Assembly (NCBI RefSeq): GCF_902652985.1
Contig: NC_047015.1
Span: forward strand, 16,678,001-16,742,000
Direction of reading: 5' to 3'
Length of the DNA stretch: 64,000 nt
From: Pecten maximus
Taxonomy: Eukaryota
Shown here: positions 14,101 to 26,600 of the stretch, in pieces
Layout: every line of letters starts with the position of its first letter
Numbering within the stretch: the stretch's first letter is position 1
Notes under the pieces: generated by a model
Told to the model about the DNA's origin: nothing
Seen by the model: only the letters and a program-made list of their open reading frames with translations
Databases searched by the model: none
Made by a program: the position numbers and the translations under genes

Positions 14101-17100
14101 TCTGTTCCTATAAAATATAGTATAACATTGCTTTTTTTAATTATGTATGGATCCTCCTATACTTGTAAATCCTGTAGTAGTATCAAAGATTAGTCTGACA
14201 GGGGAAGGGAGCTAACTCTTCAAGGAGATATTGATATACAAAGAGCAGCTAAATCGAGCACTGCACAAATCAAGTCATACAGTGAAACAGAGACAAAAAT
14301 TGGATAAAACAAAAGACTGCACAAGCCACCACTACTCTGAAATTAACAGGAGTTATCAAAAGACAACATAGCTCGCCGAATGGGTTCAAATTTGGAATTA
14401 GTTTCTTAAAAGTAGGTCAAAGGTCACAGTCAGGTCAGCAAGTCCACAAATGTAGACTAATAATGGAAAGGTCTTGTCACAACGAACACACATGTCAAAT
14501 ATAAAAGCCCTACCTTGTACAGCTAACATACAGTATCAAGGTTAAAGCTAACATACAGTGGCCGAGGTTAAAGTGTTTTAAAAATAGATCAAAGGTCAAG
14601 GTCAGCAGGTCCACAAATGCAGTACCAATGGAAATGTCTTGTTACATGGAGCACATATGTCAAATACCTAAGTTGCATCCTCATTAGTATATCCACAACA
14701 CTATTTTCATAAATACTTCAACCTAGCTGTCTAAGGACGATGCCATTGCCGACGTGGATAATAGCAATTGCTTTCCTGGACTTTATTCCTGCATAAGGTA
14801 AAACATATGTGTGAAGTGCAATGAACAATATCACTATGCAGCAATGTGCAAATCTACACATCAGGCAGTTGTGTACATCACTTTAAATCAAAAACTTCTA
14901 TCTTATTACCATAGCAACCCAAGTTTTCGCAACTGTTCCCATCATGTTCAGCTGCCCACAATGTATGTACCAATTTTCAGCAAAATATCATACATTATCT
15001 AAATTTTGACCAATCAGAGACCTCCATTTCATTGTTTTAGGCACCCTTTAAAATCCTTTAGTACCGAATTTCAGCAGATTAGACAATGCCTTCTACAATC
15101 TGAAGCCAAACAAGAGGCCCATGGGGCCTGTATCGGTCTCCTGATTGGATTAGACCAAACGACAAAAATGTTCATGTTCAATTCATTAATCTTGAACAAT
15201 GCTATACATTGTATATGGTTATAGTGGGGATCCCAACTGCTTTGAAGAAATAATGAAGCCCAGACTCTCTAAGGGTATGAAAGACCTCAAGGATTGCTTT
15301 TACAACATGATCGTGTTTAAAGAGACTAAGTCCCTTAGGGTGGGAAAAGACCCTTGGGCCTAATTTTACATCAGAATGGTGTTCATTCCTTAACGTCCAG
15401 CGATGCAATACCTGGTTATGGGATGGAGGGTCACAGCAACCATTTATGCAAAATCTATTCCCCAAAGATGCTTCTGACCAAATTGGGTTCAAATCCATTC
15501 ATAAATTTATGACAAGTACCAGGTAGCAATTTAAAGAAATTACCTCTATTTTCCCTGTTGGGGCCCCGCCCCTTTAGCCCCTAGGGCATCATAGCATCAT
15601 TTACACAAAATCTGTTCCTCTTCCCCAAGGATGTTTCTGGCCAAATTGAGTTAAAATCCATTCATAAATTTATTACTAGTAGCGATTTAAAGGAATTGCC
15701 TGTATTTCCCCTATTTGCCCCCGTCAGCATAAATGCAAAATCTGTTTCCCTTTCCCCATGTTTCTGACTAAATTAGGTTCAAATCCATTCATAACTTAAT
15801 GACTAGTAGTGATTTAAACGAATTACCTCTATTTCCCCTTTTGGGCCCGCCCCTCTGGCCCCTTGGGGGTCAGAATCGTCATTTATGCAAAATCAGTTTC
15901 CCTTCCCCCAAAGATGTTTCTGACCAAATTTTGTTAAAAATCCACTATGTATTTAATGACCAGTAGCGATTTAAAGCAAATGCTGACGGATTAGGGATGG
16001 ACAAAGGGACGACGGATGCCGCACCATGGCATAAGCTCAAAGTAATAGTATATGTTGGTATAGTAGATAGTGTCATACTACACTGTACACCAATACATGT
16101 ATTAGACAAGTCAGTACTTTCAGTACACATACTTTGATTGTTTGATATTCCAGCTGGAGTACCTCAATACAGCACAAGTAAGATAGTCAACTTATGTTAA
16201 TGAAAATTAATATTTACATTTCTAATTTTCAGAAGCCTGTTAAGTGTCAAATCACGAAACGGTTTTCATCATTGTGTTTATCATACCATACCAATCAAAT
16301 ACCAACTTTCATGAAAATCAAACAATATCTAATAACAACCACTGGACATTCCTTTTGTGGACTATGTTCATTTTTTTTTTCGGTTTTATCTTAGGGCATG
16401 TCTCATTCCATTTCTCAAATCATGTTGATGCCCCAATGTTTGGTTTTATTTTGTTTAACGTTCTATTAACAGCCAGCGTCATTTAAGGACGTGCCAGGTT
16501 TTGAGACGGAGGAAAGCCAGAGTACCCGGAGAAAACCCACTGGCCTACGGTCAGTACCTGCCCCACGTAGGTTTTGAACTCGCAACCCAGAGGTGAAGGT
16601 CTAGTGATAAAGTTTCGGGACACCTTAACCACTTGGCCACAATGGCCCCAAATAGAACAAGAAGAAAGAATGATAATAATAAGAAGAATCCAGGTAAAAC
16701 TTTGTCTAGTGGACTTAATTATTTTACAACTACAATGTATGTACAACAGAATGGGGAACCAGAATTACAAGTCGTCGTGGAAATGATAGATCTGACACAA
16801 ATAATGAAGCAACCATTGATGTATCTTTACAATTCCAGTGATGCAAAGACAGTGATTCAGATCTTCCTAGCATCCACTATATACATACAAATGTATTCAA
16901 ATAAATGTATTGACTATAAAACCAATTCATATTAGAATGAATATTCAGACCCTGCCTTCACTACTCGCTGGCATGACCATCTGTTAGAAAGTGTCTGTCA
17001 GTCATCCAGAGCAACAATTACATACATGCCAGACTTCCTGGCCTGAGACAAAATCTCCCATATTTTCAAGTTATTTATTGTCTCCCGGGAGAAGAGTCTG

Positions 17101-17982
17101 AATTCCTGAATTTCGTGATTCCAAAAAATTGAAAATTTATTGTTTCAAAATCGAGTAAAAATTTTGCTATTCATGTTACGCACAAATATCACTAATCTTA
17201 AGTAAAAATCCCTAAAATAATCATCAAACTCCCTTATTGGTCTTCAAAAAGTTTATACATGTAATTATCAAATCTAAATTCATTTCAGCACTTCTAGCAA
17301 AATCAAAACCATTACAGTCAAAAATATGTACATTGTACTTAAAAGAAAAAAAATATGCTTCACCTACTTACAAAGTACCAAATAACACAGGGTTCTGTAT
17401 CTAATTAGTATAATTATTGAAAAAATATAATATAATTTTTATAGAAATATCACCAGATCAAGGGGCATGTGTAAATAATAACTCCAAGTAAAAAGGCTTG
17501 TTAGAAACTGAAGAAACTCATATCAACAATTGCACCTTAAAAACAAACATGTTTTATTGGAGTGGTGATAATGACAAGTAGGCCTTTTGCATCTCTATAG
17601 TATAGGCCTATATAGAGTAGTTATATAGAGTAGTATAGCAATTTTCCGTTACAGAAACACATTAAGTTCCTCTACATCTCAATCAGATATTTGCAGTGAC
17701 AATATATTGAATTAATAGTTAATTTTGCTACTATGGACACTGGCTGACCGAAACGCCTTGGGCCTACAATATTGTAATTGTCAATCACCGAAACGTCCGG
17801 GTATCTAAATGACTATATTCTGATTATGATCCTAATTCCTTCGTATCTACAAATATACCTATCTTACTGAAAAAAAGTAGTTAATAAACAGGATATGGCA
17901 AAAAAAGAAAAAAAAACTACATTCTATAAGTATTGCGACTTGTATCTTTTTGGGCGTTTATACCTGACATGGGCGCAGACAT
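8152..17982 (-). CDS. NUBP2: Cytosolic Fe-S cluster assembly factor NUBP2 (Cfd1), 8 coding exons, 271 aa
   Basis: Exons 17982-17964, 14107-13989, 13677-13589, 13254-13145, 12781-12627, 12058-11948, 10436-10367, 8294-8152 total 816 nt, all GT-AG with consistent phases. Motifs: deviant Walker [54 protein letters not shown]. It lacks the N-terminal Cys cluster of NUBP1. Confidence 0.96.
8258..10185 (-). repeat. 46-bp (42/40-bp variants) minisatellite made from the NUBP2 intron 7/exon 8 acceptor junction, about 43 copies
   Basis: Minus-strand unit is ctgttttacag|GCTGTATCCCTCTCGACCCTAAGCTGACTCACTGT. The last copy is the real start of exon 8 (8294). Period 8294 to 8340. Confidence 0.95.
10663..11981 (-). 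repeat. 56-bp minisatellite made from the NUBP2 exon 6/intron 6 donor junction, 23 donor copies
   Basis: Minus-strand unit is AACATGAGTGGGTTTGTCTGTCCACATTGTACA|gtaagtgtgaccttggtatacag. Donors run from 11947 to 10715, exactly 22 x 56 bp. Confidence 0.96.
15109..16040 (+). mobile_element. Non-autonomous Helitron/Helentron-like element with internal ~150-bp tandem cores (degenerate)
   Basis: Begins ACAAGAGGCCCATGGGGCC like the 19662 copy. Contains repeated ~150-bp cores (CCCAAAGATGTTTCTGACCAAAT...AAATCCATTCATAA). Confidence 0.55.
16440..16645 (-). mobile_element. tRNA-derived SINE (Meta-SINE-like central motif)
   Basis: Minus strand shows a tRNA-like head (GTGGCCAAGTGGTTAAGG...GAGTTCAAAAC), a GTGGGTTTTCTCCGGGTACTCTGGCTTTCCTCC central motif and an A-rich tail. 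The family name is recalled, not searched. Confidence 0.65.
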
Positions 17983-18091
17983 CTTGAACTCAATCACTGG
18001 GACGCTTTTTATTGATCTTAACGTGCCATTCGAGATTTTACGTGATTTTGGATGAAACGCAACGCACCTCGCTGCAGACGGTATTTTTGAG
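17983..18091. promoter_or_regulatory. Putative bidirectional promoter/5' UTR region shared by NUBP2 and MXRA7-like
   Basis: Only 109 bp separate the two divergent start codons, and the region is locally CpG-rich. Confidence 0.6.
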
Positions 18092-21000
18092 ATGGATGTA
18101 TTTGGATTTAACGTTTCTCTGACCAACGCAATAACTATTGTGTTGACAGTGATAGTACTTTTAGTTTCATCTGTTTATACTTTGAGAAACATCATTCGGA
18201 TATGGAGGAAAGGTCAGATCAATCCGCAGACAACAGACGCGATGCAAGGAAAGGAAGATAGGCCTGACGCGGATGTCGCCTCAGCAGCTCAGACAGATGC
18301 CATTAACGAAAATCCAGTGACGAAAACAGGTGCTTTGTCTTAGTTCGAATTGAAATATAAAAGTAGCTGTTACAAGCAATATGAGAAAATATGTCTCAGA
18401 ATAATTTCCTTTAAAATAACTAGCAATTTATTTATAAATACTATTCTAGTCTTGACAATAGACATACATCTGGTTACCGTGGTTTCTAGACGTTTCTATG
18501 GTGACTACTACAGTATAGGTTAAACCACGAATGGAAGATAATTGGCTTAAAGCCTGTGAAACATATATTGCGGTGGGGACATTGGAGGAATTTGTCTATT
18601 ATGTGTGAAATATATTTATATTCACATGTGATTTAGACATGAAATCTGCAGTAAACAAATCTTTTTTATGGAATGTGTCTGTTTCAATACTTGATATAAC
18701 GAAAACTAAAGAAGTTAAAGAGCTCACACAACTAAGTATTTTATTTGGCCTATAGGTTATTACTAGTGACTCCATCCCTTCATTTACTCATTTGAAGTCC
18801 AAATGATGTGAAATTTATATCAAGTTAAAGTTTGATTTTTTCACTACCTGATAAATTATGTTATTGCACAGGTTTAATTGCAAATAAGAGCACACAGGTA
18901 CTCGAAAGACAGTAACCCTGATATTTACAGTTCATTGGGGAACCCTCATGATCACCTGATGCTTGGTTGGTAACCCGTTCTTCGCCATCCAGTAACCAAA
19001 TTCCAAAGATCATTTAAACAAGATCCTTCAGGATCTTGGCACCCACCGTTATCCGGTCTTGTTAATAATTTGAAAACAAGAGGAACCAGCATATCAATTT
19101 AAATAGGAGAAAGATCCATCAAGAACTAAGAGTAATCAGGTTAACAAACTTCAACAAAGACGTAAAAGTGGAACCTATGAAATTCAATAATTATCCATGA
19201 ATTAACTTTCTCAGAAATAGCTATAAACATCAAGTCATCAACTGTCAAAAATTGAAATGGCCATTTCAGCCTTCAATTTAAAAAAAAAAAACTTTCAGAG
19301 AAATGTATGTTATGGCGTCAACAAACTTCAACTATGTAAGATCAAAATGGCCACCTGTTAGCCATCTTGTTTTCTATAATCGGTCTCAAAATGGAACATA
19401 CACAATTAAGGACAAAGGGAAATCTACAGGTGAAATTTGAGAAAGACCCTTCTGAGATATACTACAGCCATAGCAATCTCTAAAAATGTTAAAATAGATG
19501 CTTGTAATTGTCAACAATCATTCCCAAAGTAGAGTGTGGAAGGGGCTCCCACATCTGAAATTCAAGAATGGTTGATCTATAGCTAGTGCTTCTCCAGATT
19601 TAGCAACAACCAGAATTGTTAGACAGATGGTCACCAGACATGGAATGAAGAGAGATTGAATACAAGAGGCCCATGGGCCTTAACGGTCACCTGAGCTATG
19701 ATATATTTAAGCATATTTGACCACTGTGATCTTGAATGAAGATCAAGGTCATCCATTTGAACAAATTTGGTAGCCCTTCATCCCAGCATGCTACATACCT
19801 AATATTGGGTCTCTGGGCCTTTTGGTTATAAATTTAAAGATTTAAACATATTTGACCCCTGTGACCTTGAATGAAGGTCAAGGTCATCCATTTGAACAAA
19901 TTTGGTAGCCCTTCATCATAGCATACTTCAGACCGAATATTGGGTCTCTGAGCCTCTTAGTTATCAAGAAGAAGTTGTTTAAAAAAATTAGCATACTTGA
20001 CCCGTGACCTTGAATGAAGGTCAAGGTCATCCATTTGAACAAACTTGGAAGCCTTTCATCCCAGCATGCTACTGACCTAACATTGGGTCTCTGGGCCTTA
20101 TGTTATCAAGAAGAAGTTGTTTAAAAGATTTTAGCATACCGTTTTTGACCTAATAAGGGCGCAGGGTGCGGGTAATTGACAGTGGGGGCACCCTAATTAA
20201 GACTAGTTATTCTGAAGTTTTATGAAACAGACTATACCTGATAGCAGAATACCCAAGGCTGTGGAAACGGTAAAATATTCAGTCATAAAAATATTCCAAA
20301 TGAAGATATCTATTCATTATGATATAATAAGCTTAAACATCACTTGAATATTCCAGTGTAAACTTGTAAACCATGCCAGCTGATCTTTAGACCAGAGAAC
20401 GTGTGTTCCACCATTTATGTTCAAATGGAACTCTTTTGTGTTCTATTTATATAGACACAGGTGATTTCCCAAATCGTATCAGACATTGTTTTCTTTGACC
20501 TAATAATGGATTTACAATGTCTTTTACTAGCTTTCTGTTCTGAACAAAAGTTATTTATCAACAAGAATGAAGTCTTTTACTTTATCTTCAAATAAAGATG
20601 GTAAGTTATTATTTGTATGTGTGTTTAGTTTCGGGTGCTCTTTGCACTGACATGTCATCTGTAGGAATGGACAAAATGTGGCGAAAACTTGTGTTCTAGT
20701 TACTTAATTTGCTGAAGAACATTGAACACATAACGTATCAAAACATTTCACATGAATTATTACTTTTGAACACCATTTTGACACTCGGTCAAAGATTTAT
20801 TTCCTTGAAAAAAGGTAGGGGCGCCCTTAGGTCAAATACGGTATTTAACCCGTGACCTTGAATGAAGGTCAAGGTCATCGATTTGAACAAACTTTGTAGC
20901 ACTTTATATAATCATGCCAGCAGGCTAAACATCCAATATCAGGTCTCTGGGCCTGTTGGTTATTGAGAAGAAGTTGAAAATGTAAGTTGTTTACGATGGA

Positions 21001-21541
21001 TGCCGGACAAAAGGCGATCGCAATAGGTCAACTGAGACTTTGTCTCGGGTGACCTTAAAATGTAGATACAAATATTTGTCCAATCCTGAAGTTATTGATA
21101 TCCCTTTCACAAGCAAAGATGTGAAAATATACAATAGGGTCAGTTTTGATTTGTATCACCAAGATTCTCTTTAATTGAGTCCTTTATGATGATCTAAATA
21201 TATAAATATGTTTTTTGCATTTACTCAGATCTGCTGTATACTATATATAGGTATTGCACATCTTCTTACATTATTTTCTTATTTTTGTAGGAGCAGTCAA
21301 TTTGGATGACATAGATCCTGTAGAGTATTGTGAACATATTCAGAGTGAAGTGAAGAAAGCCAAACAACGAGTAACAAACAAGAAGATTGTGGAGGAACTG
21401 ACACCTGAACAAGTTCACGAGGAACGCGAGATTCAGCAACAGCAACTTCAAAATATTTACAAACTAATGCAGGCACAGAATGAAAAGTTTGGTGTCAACA
21501 GCCTTGACGAAGTCCAACAACAAATGAAGTTGTATGCATAA
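18092..21541 (+). CDS. MXRA7: MXRA7-like single-pass membrane protein, 2 exons, 162 aa
   Basis: Exons 18092-18329 and 21291-21541 (489 nt, phase-1 GT-AG intron). N-terminal hydrophobic helix. C-terminus LTPEQVHEEREIQQQQLQNIYKLMQAQNEKFGVNSLDEVQQQMKLYA resembles the conserved MXRA7 C-terminal motif. Confidence 0.8.
19661..21060 (+). mobile_element. Non-autonomous Helitron/Helentron-like element with ~150-bp tandem cores, interrupted by a MITE
   Basis: 5' ACAAGAGGCCCATGGGCC plus GGTCACCTGAG, four cores containing GACCTTGAATGAAGGTCAAGGTCA, and a 3' hairpin GGTCAACTGAGAC-TTT-GTCTCGGGTGACC before AAAA. Confidence 0.65.
20139..20841. mobile_element. Tc1/mariner-superfamily MITE with TA target duplication
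   Basis: TIRs CCGTTTTTGACCTAA...GGGCGC and GCGCCCTTAGGTCAAATACGG, TA on both sides. Removing it restores the host core sequence TTTTAGCATA-TTTAACCCGTGACC. Confidence 0.8.
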
Positions 21542-23602
21542 ATACCATGCTTCATTTGTAATTAATTATTCCACTTAGATTTTGTTATCAATGTTAATGT
21601 TATTGTGTTTTGCATTTTAAACAACATGCCGTCCTTATTGTCAGTTATGGTGAGAAAATTTAATGTGTTGTAAATACATGTACAAATGAATTGTGTTACT
21701 TGTGATTTTGTTAAATCATAATGATGAATAGGAAATCCGGATCCAATATTGACCAGGACTTCAAAGGTCTACTGTCATACAATTTTCCCGGAATGTAAAC
21801 CAAAATTGATCAAAGGGTATTACATATGATGATTGTTACATAATTTTGTAATAATACCATTGAGATTAAAGTTCTATATATATTGATAATTATACAATGA
21901 TGCACAGGTATACTTCTGATATATAAAGTATCACTTTTATAAAATTATGTTTTAATGAAATATATTGAACAAATTACACAAAGAAGCACAAAAATATATT
22001 TTAATCCGATTCCTGACATCAACAATTTTTGACCTAAATTGGATAAACAGGCTTTAGTATACTATACATTTATTTATACATAGATTAGATGATTGTATTT
22101 GAAATTTTGTCAAATGTGAACAAATTTATTACCGGGTATATAGCAAAATCTTAGAAGTTCATATATGTTTTTAATCTTTCATCAATATTTCCCAAGGGTA
22201 CAATGTATTCCCATTCATTCTGTACAAACTTTGTCACAAAACATACCATACAAAGCAAGATTTGTTACCAGGTAGTGCATTCCAGAAATATTGATAATTC
22301 TGTATTTCTGTACTAAAAATTGTGTTGTTTGATTATCACCTATAGGTACTTCTGGCAGGGGCTATGTTTGTACAGTGTCCATCAATTTGTTAACTATACC
22401 AGTGATTTATGGCATTGTTCACCAACGTTGGCTCATTTTTGTCACCTGTTATAGTTATAATCTAATTTGGATTGTAATTTCTTCTGGGCACAAACAGTTA
22501 TTTTATTTTGTATGCAAATACCTCTTGGGATGTCATACAATGGCAGTGTAGCAAACTGAAATCAGGTCTAATGTCCCACTGTTTTAATAGCAGGGATATT
22601 AATCCTTTGTTTATTTTTGATATAAGTGGAGATAGCTCATAAATAATGCCTTAACTTGTTGTATATGTTTAAGATGTAAATAAACTAAATATGTTTATCT
22701 GTATATTTTTTAACATTCATCCTGGTTTGAATCAGAAAAGTCTATTTTGCATCAAGGCTTTAATGCTCGCTCCTCATGTGGTTAAAAAAATAAGGTTACA
22801 GGTACATTATGTTCATTTTCAAATATTTAATTGTACATATTAGATTTCTGGTGAATCATGTTTAAATTAGAACTGGGTTTTATATATAAGGAAAAAAAAA
22901 CAAAAACCAAGAAGGATTCTGACTGAAGAAGCAGAAGAGGACAGAAAGGCCTTGTGAAATGTTTTGTTTCGTTTTTCTTTTATCTGTCCTTTGCAAGAAC
23001 TTTACTTCATTCAATTTATATATAACAGACTGCAATAATGTGAAATTCAACACTTTATTTTCTAAATTACATTGTTATGTTTACATATATGTACAATGTT
23101 TTTCAATGGTTAGTGTGAAAACAATTTAGATCCATGTATAAAATTATTTCATCTAATTCATCATTAGTCAAGATAATCACCTTACAAAGAACAAATACAA
23201 AAAATGTATCATATTTTAAGTAAATTAGAACACTGTATATTCCTGTGTTAAGTACATCACGTTACTGGTAAATGGAAATTGCAATAGGTAGGTGCAATAG
23301 CAAATTAAAAGGTAGTTATGGTATCATTTCTATAGACTGTTTATAAGCTACAAGATTATCTGTAGAAAGAAACTACACACATTGTGCAGTAGAAATAGAA
23401 ATGTTTTAAGTTTATTTTTACTTTTTGGTATTCAATTTTGTAGGAGTTAATATCTCAGTAAATTGTTGTTGTTACTTTGTTGTTTTTTCATAAATAAATG
23501 AAACATAAGTTTAAATGGATACAGTTTTCATTTGCACCAATTGAGTATGTAATACTTGCATGCATAGTCATTAACATGTAACACCTTAATTAAATATATT
23601 TA

Positions 23603-26600
23603 TTATTTGATGATGACATTTGGGTTTCTGCTCATCAGAAACAGGTATATTCTACGAGACATTTCTTTGCCAATTCGACGGGTTGTTCCAAGCACACCTG
23701 TTCCACGTCTCACCTGTAAATACAATGTAAAATTGTTTTGTTTGGAATGTTATAGATTTGTGGGAGTCTTGGCATTTTCATCCCAATTTAGAACCAGCAT
23801 GCTATGAAGAATCAAGATGGCTCCCTTATTAACATGCTGATGAAAAATGTTGCTCTCTCTCTCTCTGTCAGCCACTGTACTGTACACAAGATTATATATA
23901 GTGAAGCTGAAACGATTACAATTCTGCACACTTTCAGAACTTAATGTAACCTGGTTGTGATATATGAAAGTCAATTCTCATACATAGAAAATATTTCATA
24001 ATACCCAAAACAACATATTTATCACCTCATCCATGCCAAATACTGTTGAGTAGGAAAGCTAACAAATACTATTTCATTGTCCTACCACAGCTACCTTTAC
24101 AATGACTGGTTTATCTGTGGTATACAGTAACCCTAGACAACCACCAGATGTATTATGCTGCTATTTTCAAAAGGTTACGACAGAAAATCAATAAATACTG
24201 TAGAGGTTCAACTGTCAGTCTAGTAACTATTTGATAGTGATAATTGATTCAATAAAGACATAACTTCCATGCCATGACCAACTTTTGTCCAAGATTAATT
24301 ACTACTATAGCATACAAATGTTCTAAAACAGACTGCAGTAGAGACAGTATACTTTTATAATTTAATTTCTAAACACCTGGATAATGTGCTCGATAATCTG
24401 TGGAAGGCAACACTTACCACAATGTTCTCTAAAAGTCGAGAGGCACTGGTCTCATCTGTACATTCTGACAATGCCTGAAAAAGTAGTAACTAAGGAATAT
24501 GTATAAACTGAAGAAAACATACATTTTGTTGTTGAATTCCCTCCTATATGTGGAATAAAAAGTCTAGCTCGATGTCTGATAGGTAATTCAAGAAAATTTA
24601 AACCAAACACTTGAGGCCATAAAAAAATCAATTAATTGGTTCTCAGGCCTGCCAGAATCCAAAAGATGTAGCTGCATTACCAATTTACCAACAAAAAAAA
24701 ATATCATAAACTCGGGGAAATCAAATAGAAAAAAATTAAACGAAAAGCAGTTGCAAGCACAGAGACCTAGTTGATGCAAATGGCCCACACTGACGATGGC
24801 TTCGATATCCGTGCAGGTATGGAAAGGTTCAACAATAATACTGCCATGGAATATACTTGGGGGATTTTTGGAAGCTTGTACAATGGCAGAACTATACACT
24901 TCAATTAAGGATGGGGCTGTGGTGATTGGGACATGGACGTTTCCCGACAAACTAAAAGAATGCCATGTTTGAAATTAATAAATATTGAAGCTGTTACACA
25001 TAGAAGAATTAATTAAAATATCTCATTTTGATGTCAATGAAAAAAAGAAAAATTGCCCTCACCTGTTTTGTATTCAACAAAATGATAAAAAACAAATAAC
25101 TCCCTCATCTATTTTTCAAAAATTGGCCTTCGAACCGACTAATCAATTTTATATGGCCTAAATCATGCGTGGTGCACAAAAAATGATTTCATGATCATCA
25201 ACATAAAAAAAGAAGAGTACTGCAGAGCAGAACATTATAATTCATCATGTATTGCATTATTGTATCAAGAGAATACAACTGAAAAGCAAGATTAACTGTC
25301 TTATCAAAAAGACTACAAGATTGAAAAAAATATTGAAAACAAAGGGTGAGAATCTAGAGAGATAAACATGTAAGGGCAATAACTTTTGCAAAAATAGTCG
25401 AATCAAAATGCCATTCAGGTAAACAACTACATATCCTGATAATAAATTTTCAAAAAGATTGAAAAGAGTTGGAGATCTCTGGATGAATAAAAGTTTCATC
25501 TGGATGGACACTGCCATACCATACATGTAATACTCTTGTCAAATTTTGAAATTTTCTAAAAATAGTAATGGTGACCTTCACCCAATAATACTGAAACTTG
25601 TCCGAGATATTATGGTCCTTAAAGCCACATTCTCCCAAATAACCTAAAATTCTAGTTGCACACATGTATAAATGACAATCCGAGAGGCTCATTCACACTC
25701 TCCTAAGATTAAAATGACCACTGGCCTGGAAATCAGTGTATCAAAAAACAACTTGTCACATTTATTTTTATCACAAGATTTAACAGGGAGCCGAGAACGA
25801 GGCTATAACAACGTGCATTGCACATAAACTACACACATGGCTGTTGATTACATATCAAGTACACATGAACTTTGCCTAATAATGCTTTCATTTAAACATA
25901 TTAACAGAATATTCGCCTAATAACTGAACAAAAAAATTAACATGCATCTAAATAATTTATTTTAAAATGTAGCAATATGCATACAACAAAACATCAATAA
26001 AATTTCAGATCGGTGAAGTTGAAAATGTTTTCTTCTCTCGCTACATTCCAACGAATCATTTTCTTTCCTGAGAAAATTCTCGGGTTTGGCTGATTCCAGT
26101 CCCTTCTGTGTTTTGGCAGGCTCACTCATTTGGTGTTCTGCCATTTTCTATAGACTGATAACCTGCCCATTGTATTATGGGACTATTTCGCATTGAAACT
26201 TGGTCTGTCTGACCCAGTTATTTTTTGGGGGAATTTCCTGTATACTTTCATAAATACTTGAGATAATTTGTTAGGTATATTTCAAGTCTGAAAACTGTAA
26301 TGAGCTCGAAATGTAAACATTCCTGTTGGAGTATGCGGCTTTAAATGAAGCCACTAGAGTGCTGAAAAGGATTTTCTGGAAAAAAAAAAGTAATAATGAT
26401 CTTGAACTTGACCCAACAACCCTTAAACTCAAACTTGTCCAAGACATTATGGTCTTTTGTGTGTGAAGTTTGTTTAAAATCCCTCTAAGAGTGAAGCCAC
26501 TAAAGTGCTGTCAATGGATTTTCCAGTAATAGTACCGTTAACCTTAGCCTTGACCAAACAAACCTGAAACTTGAACTTTGTCTGAGATATATTTTGTTCA

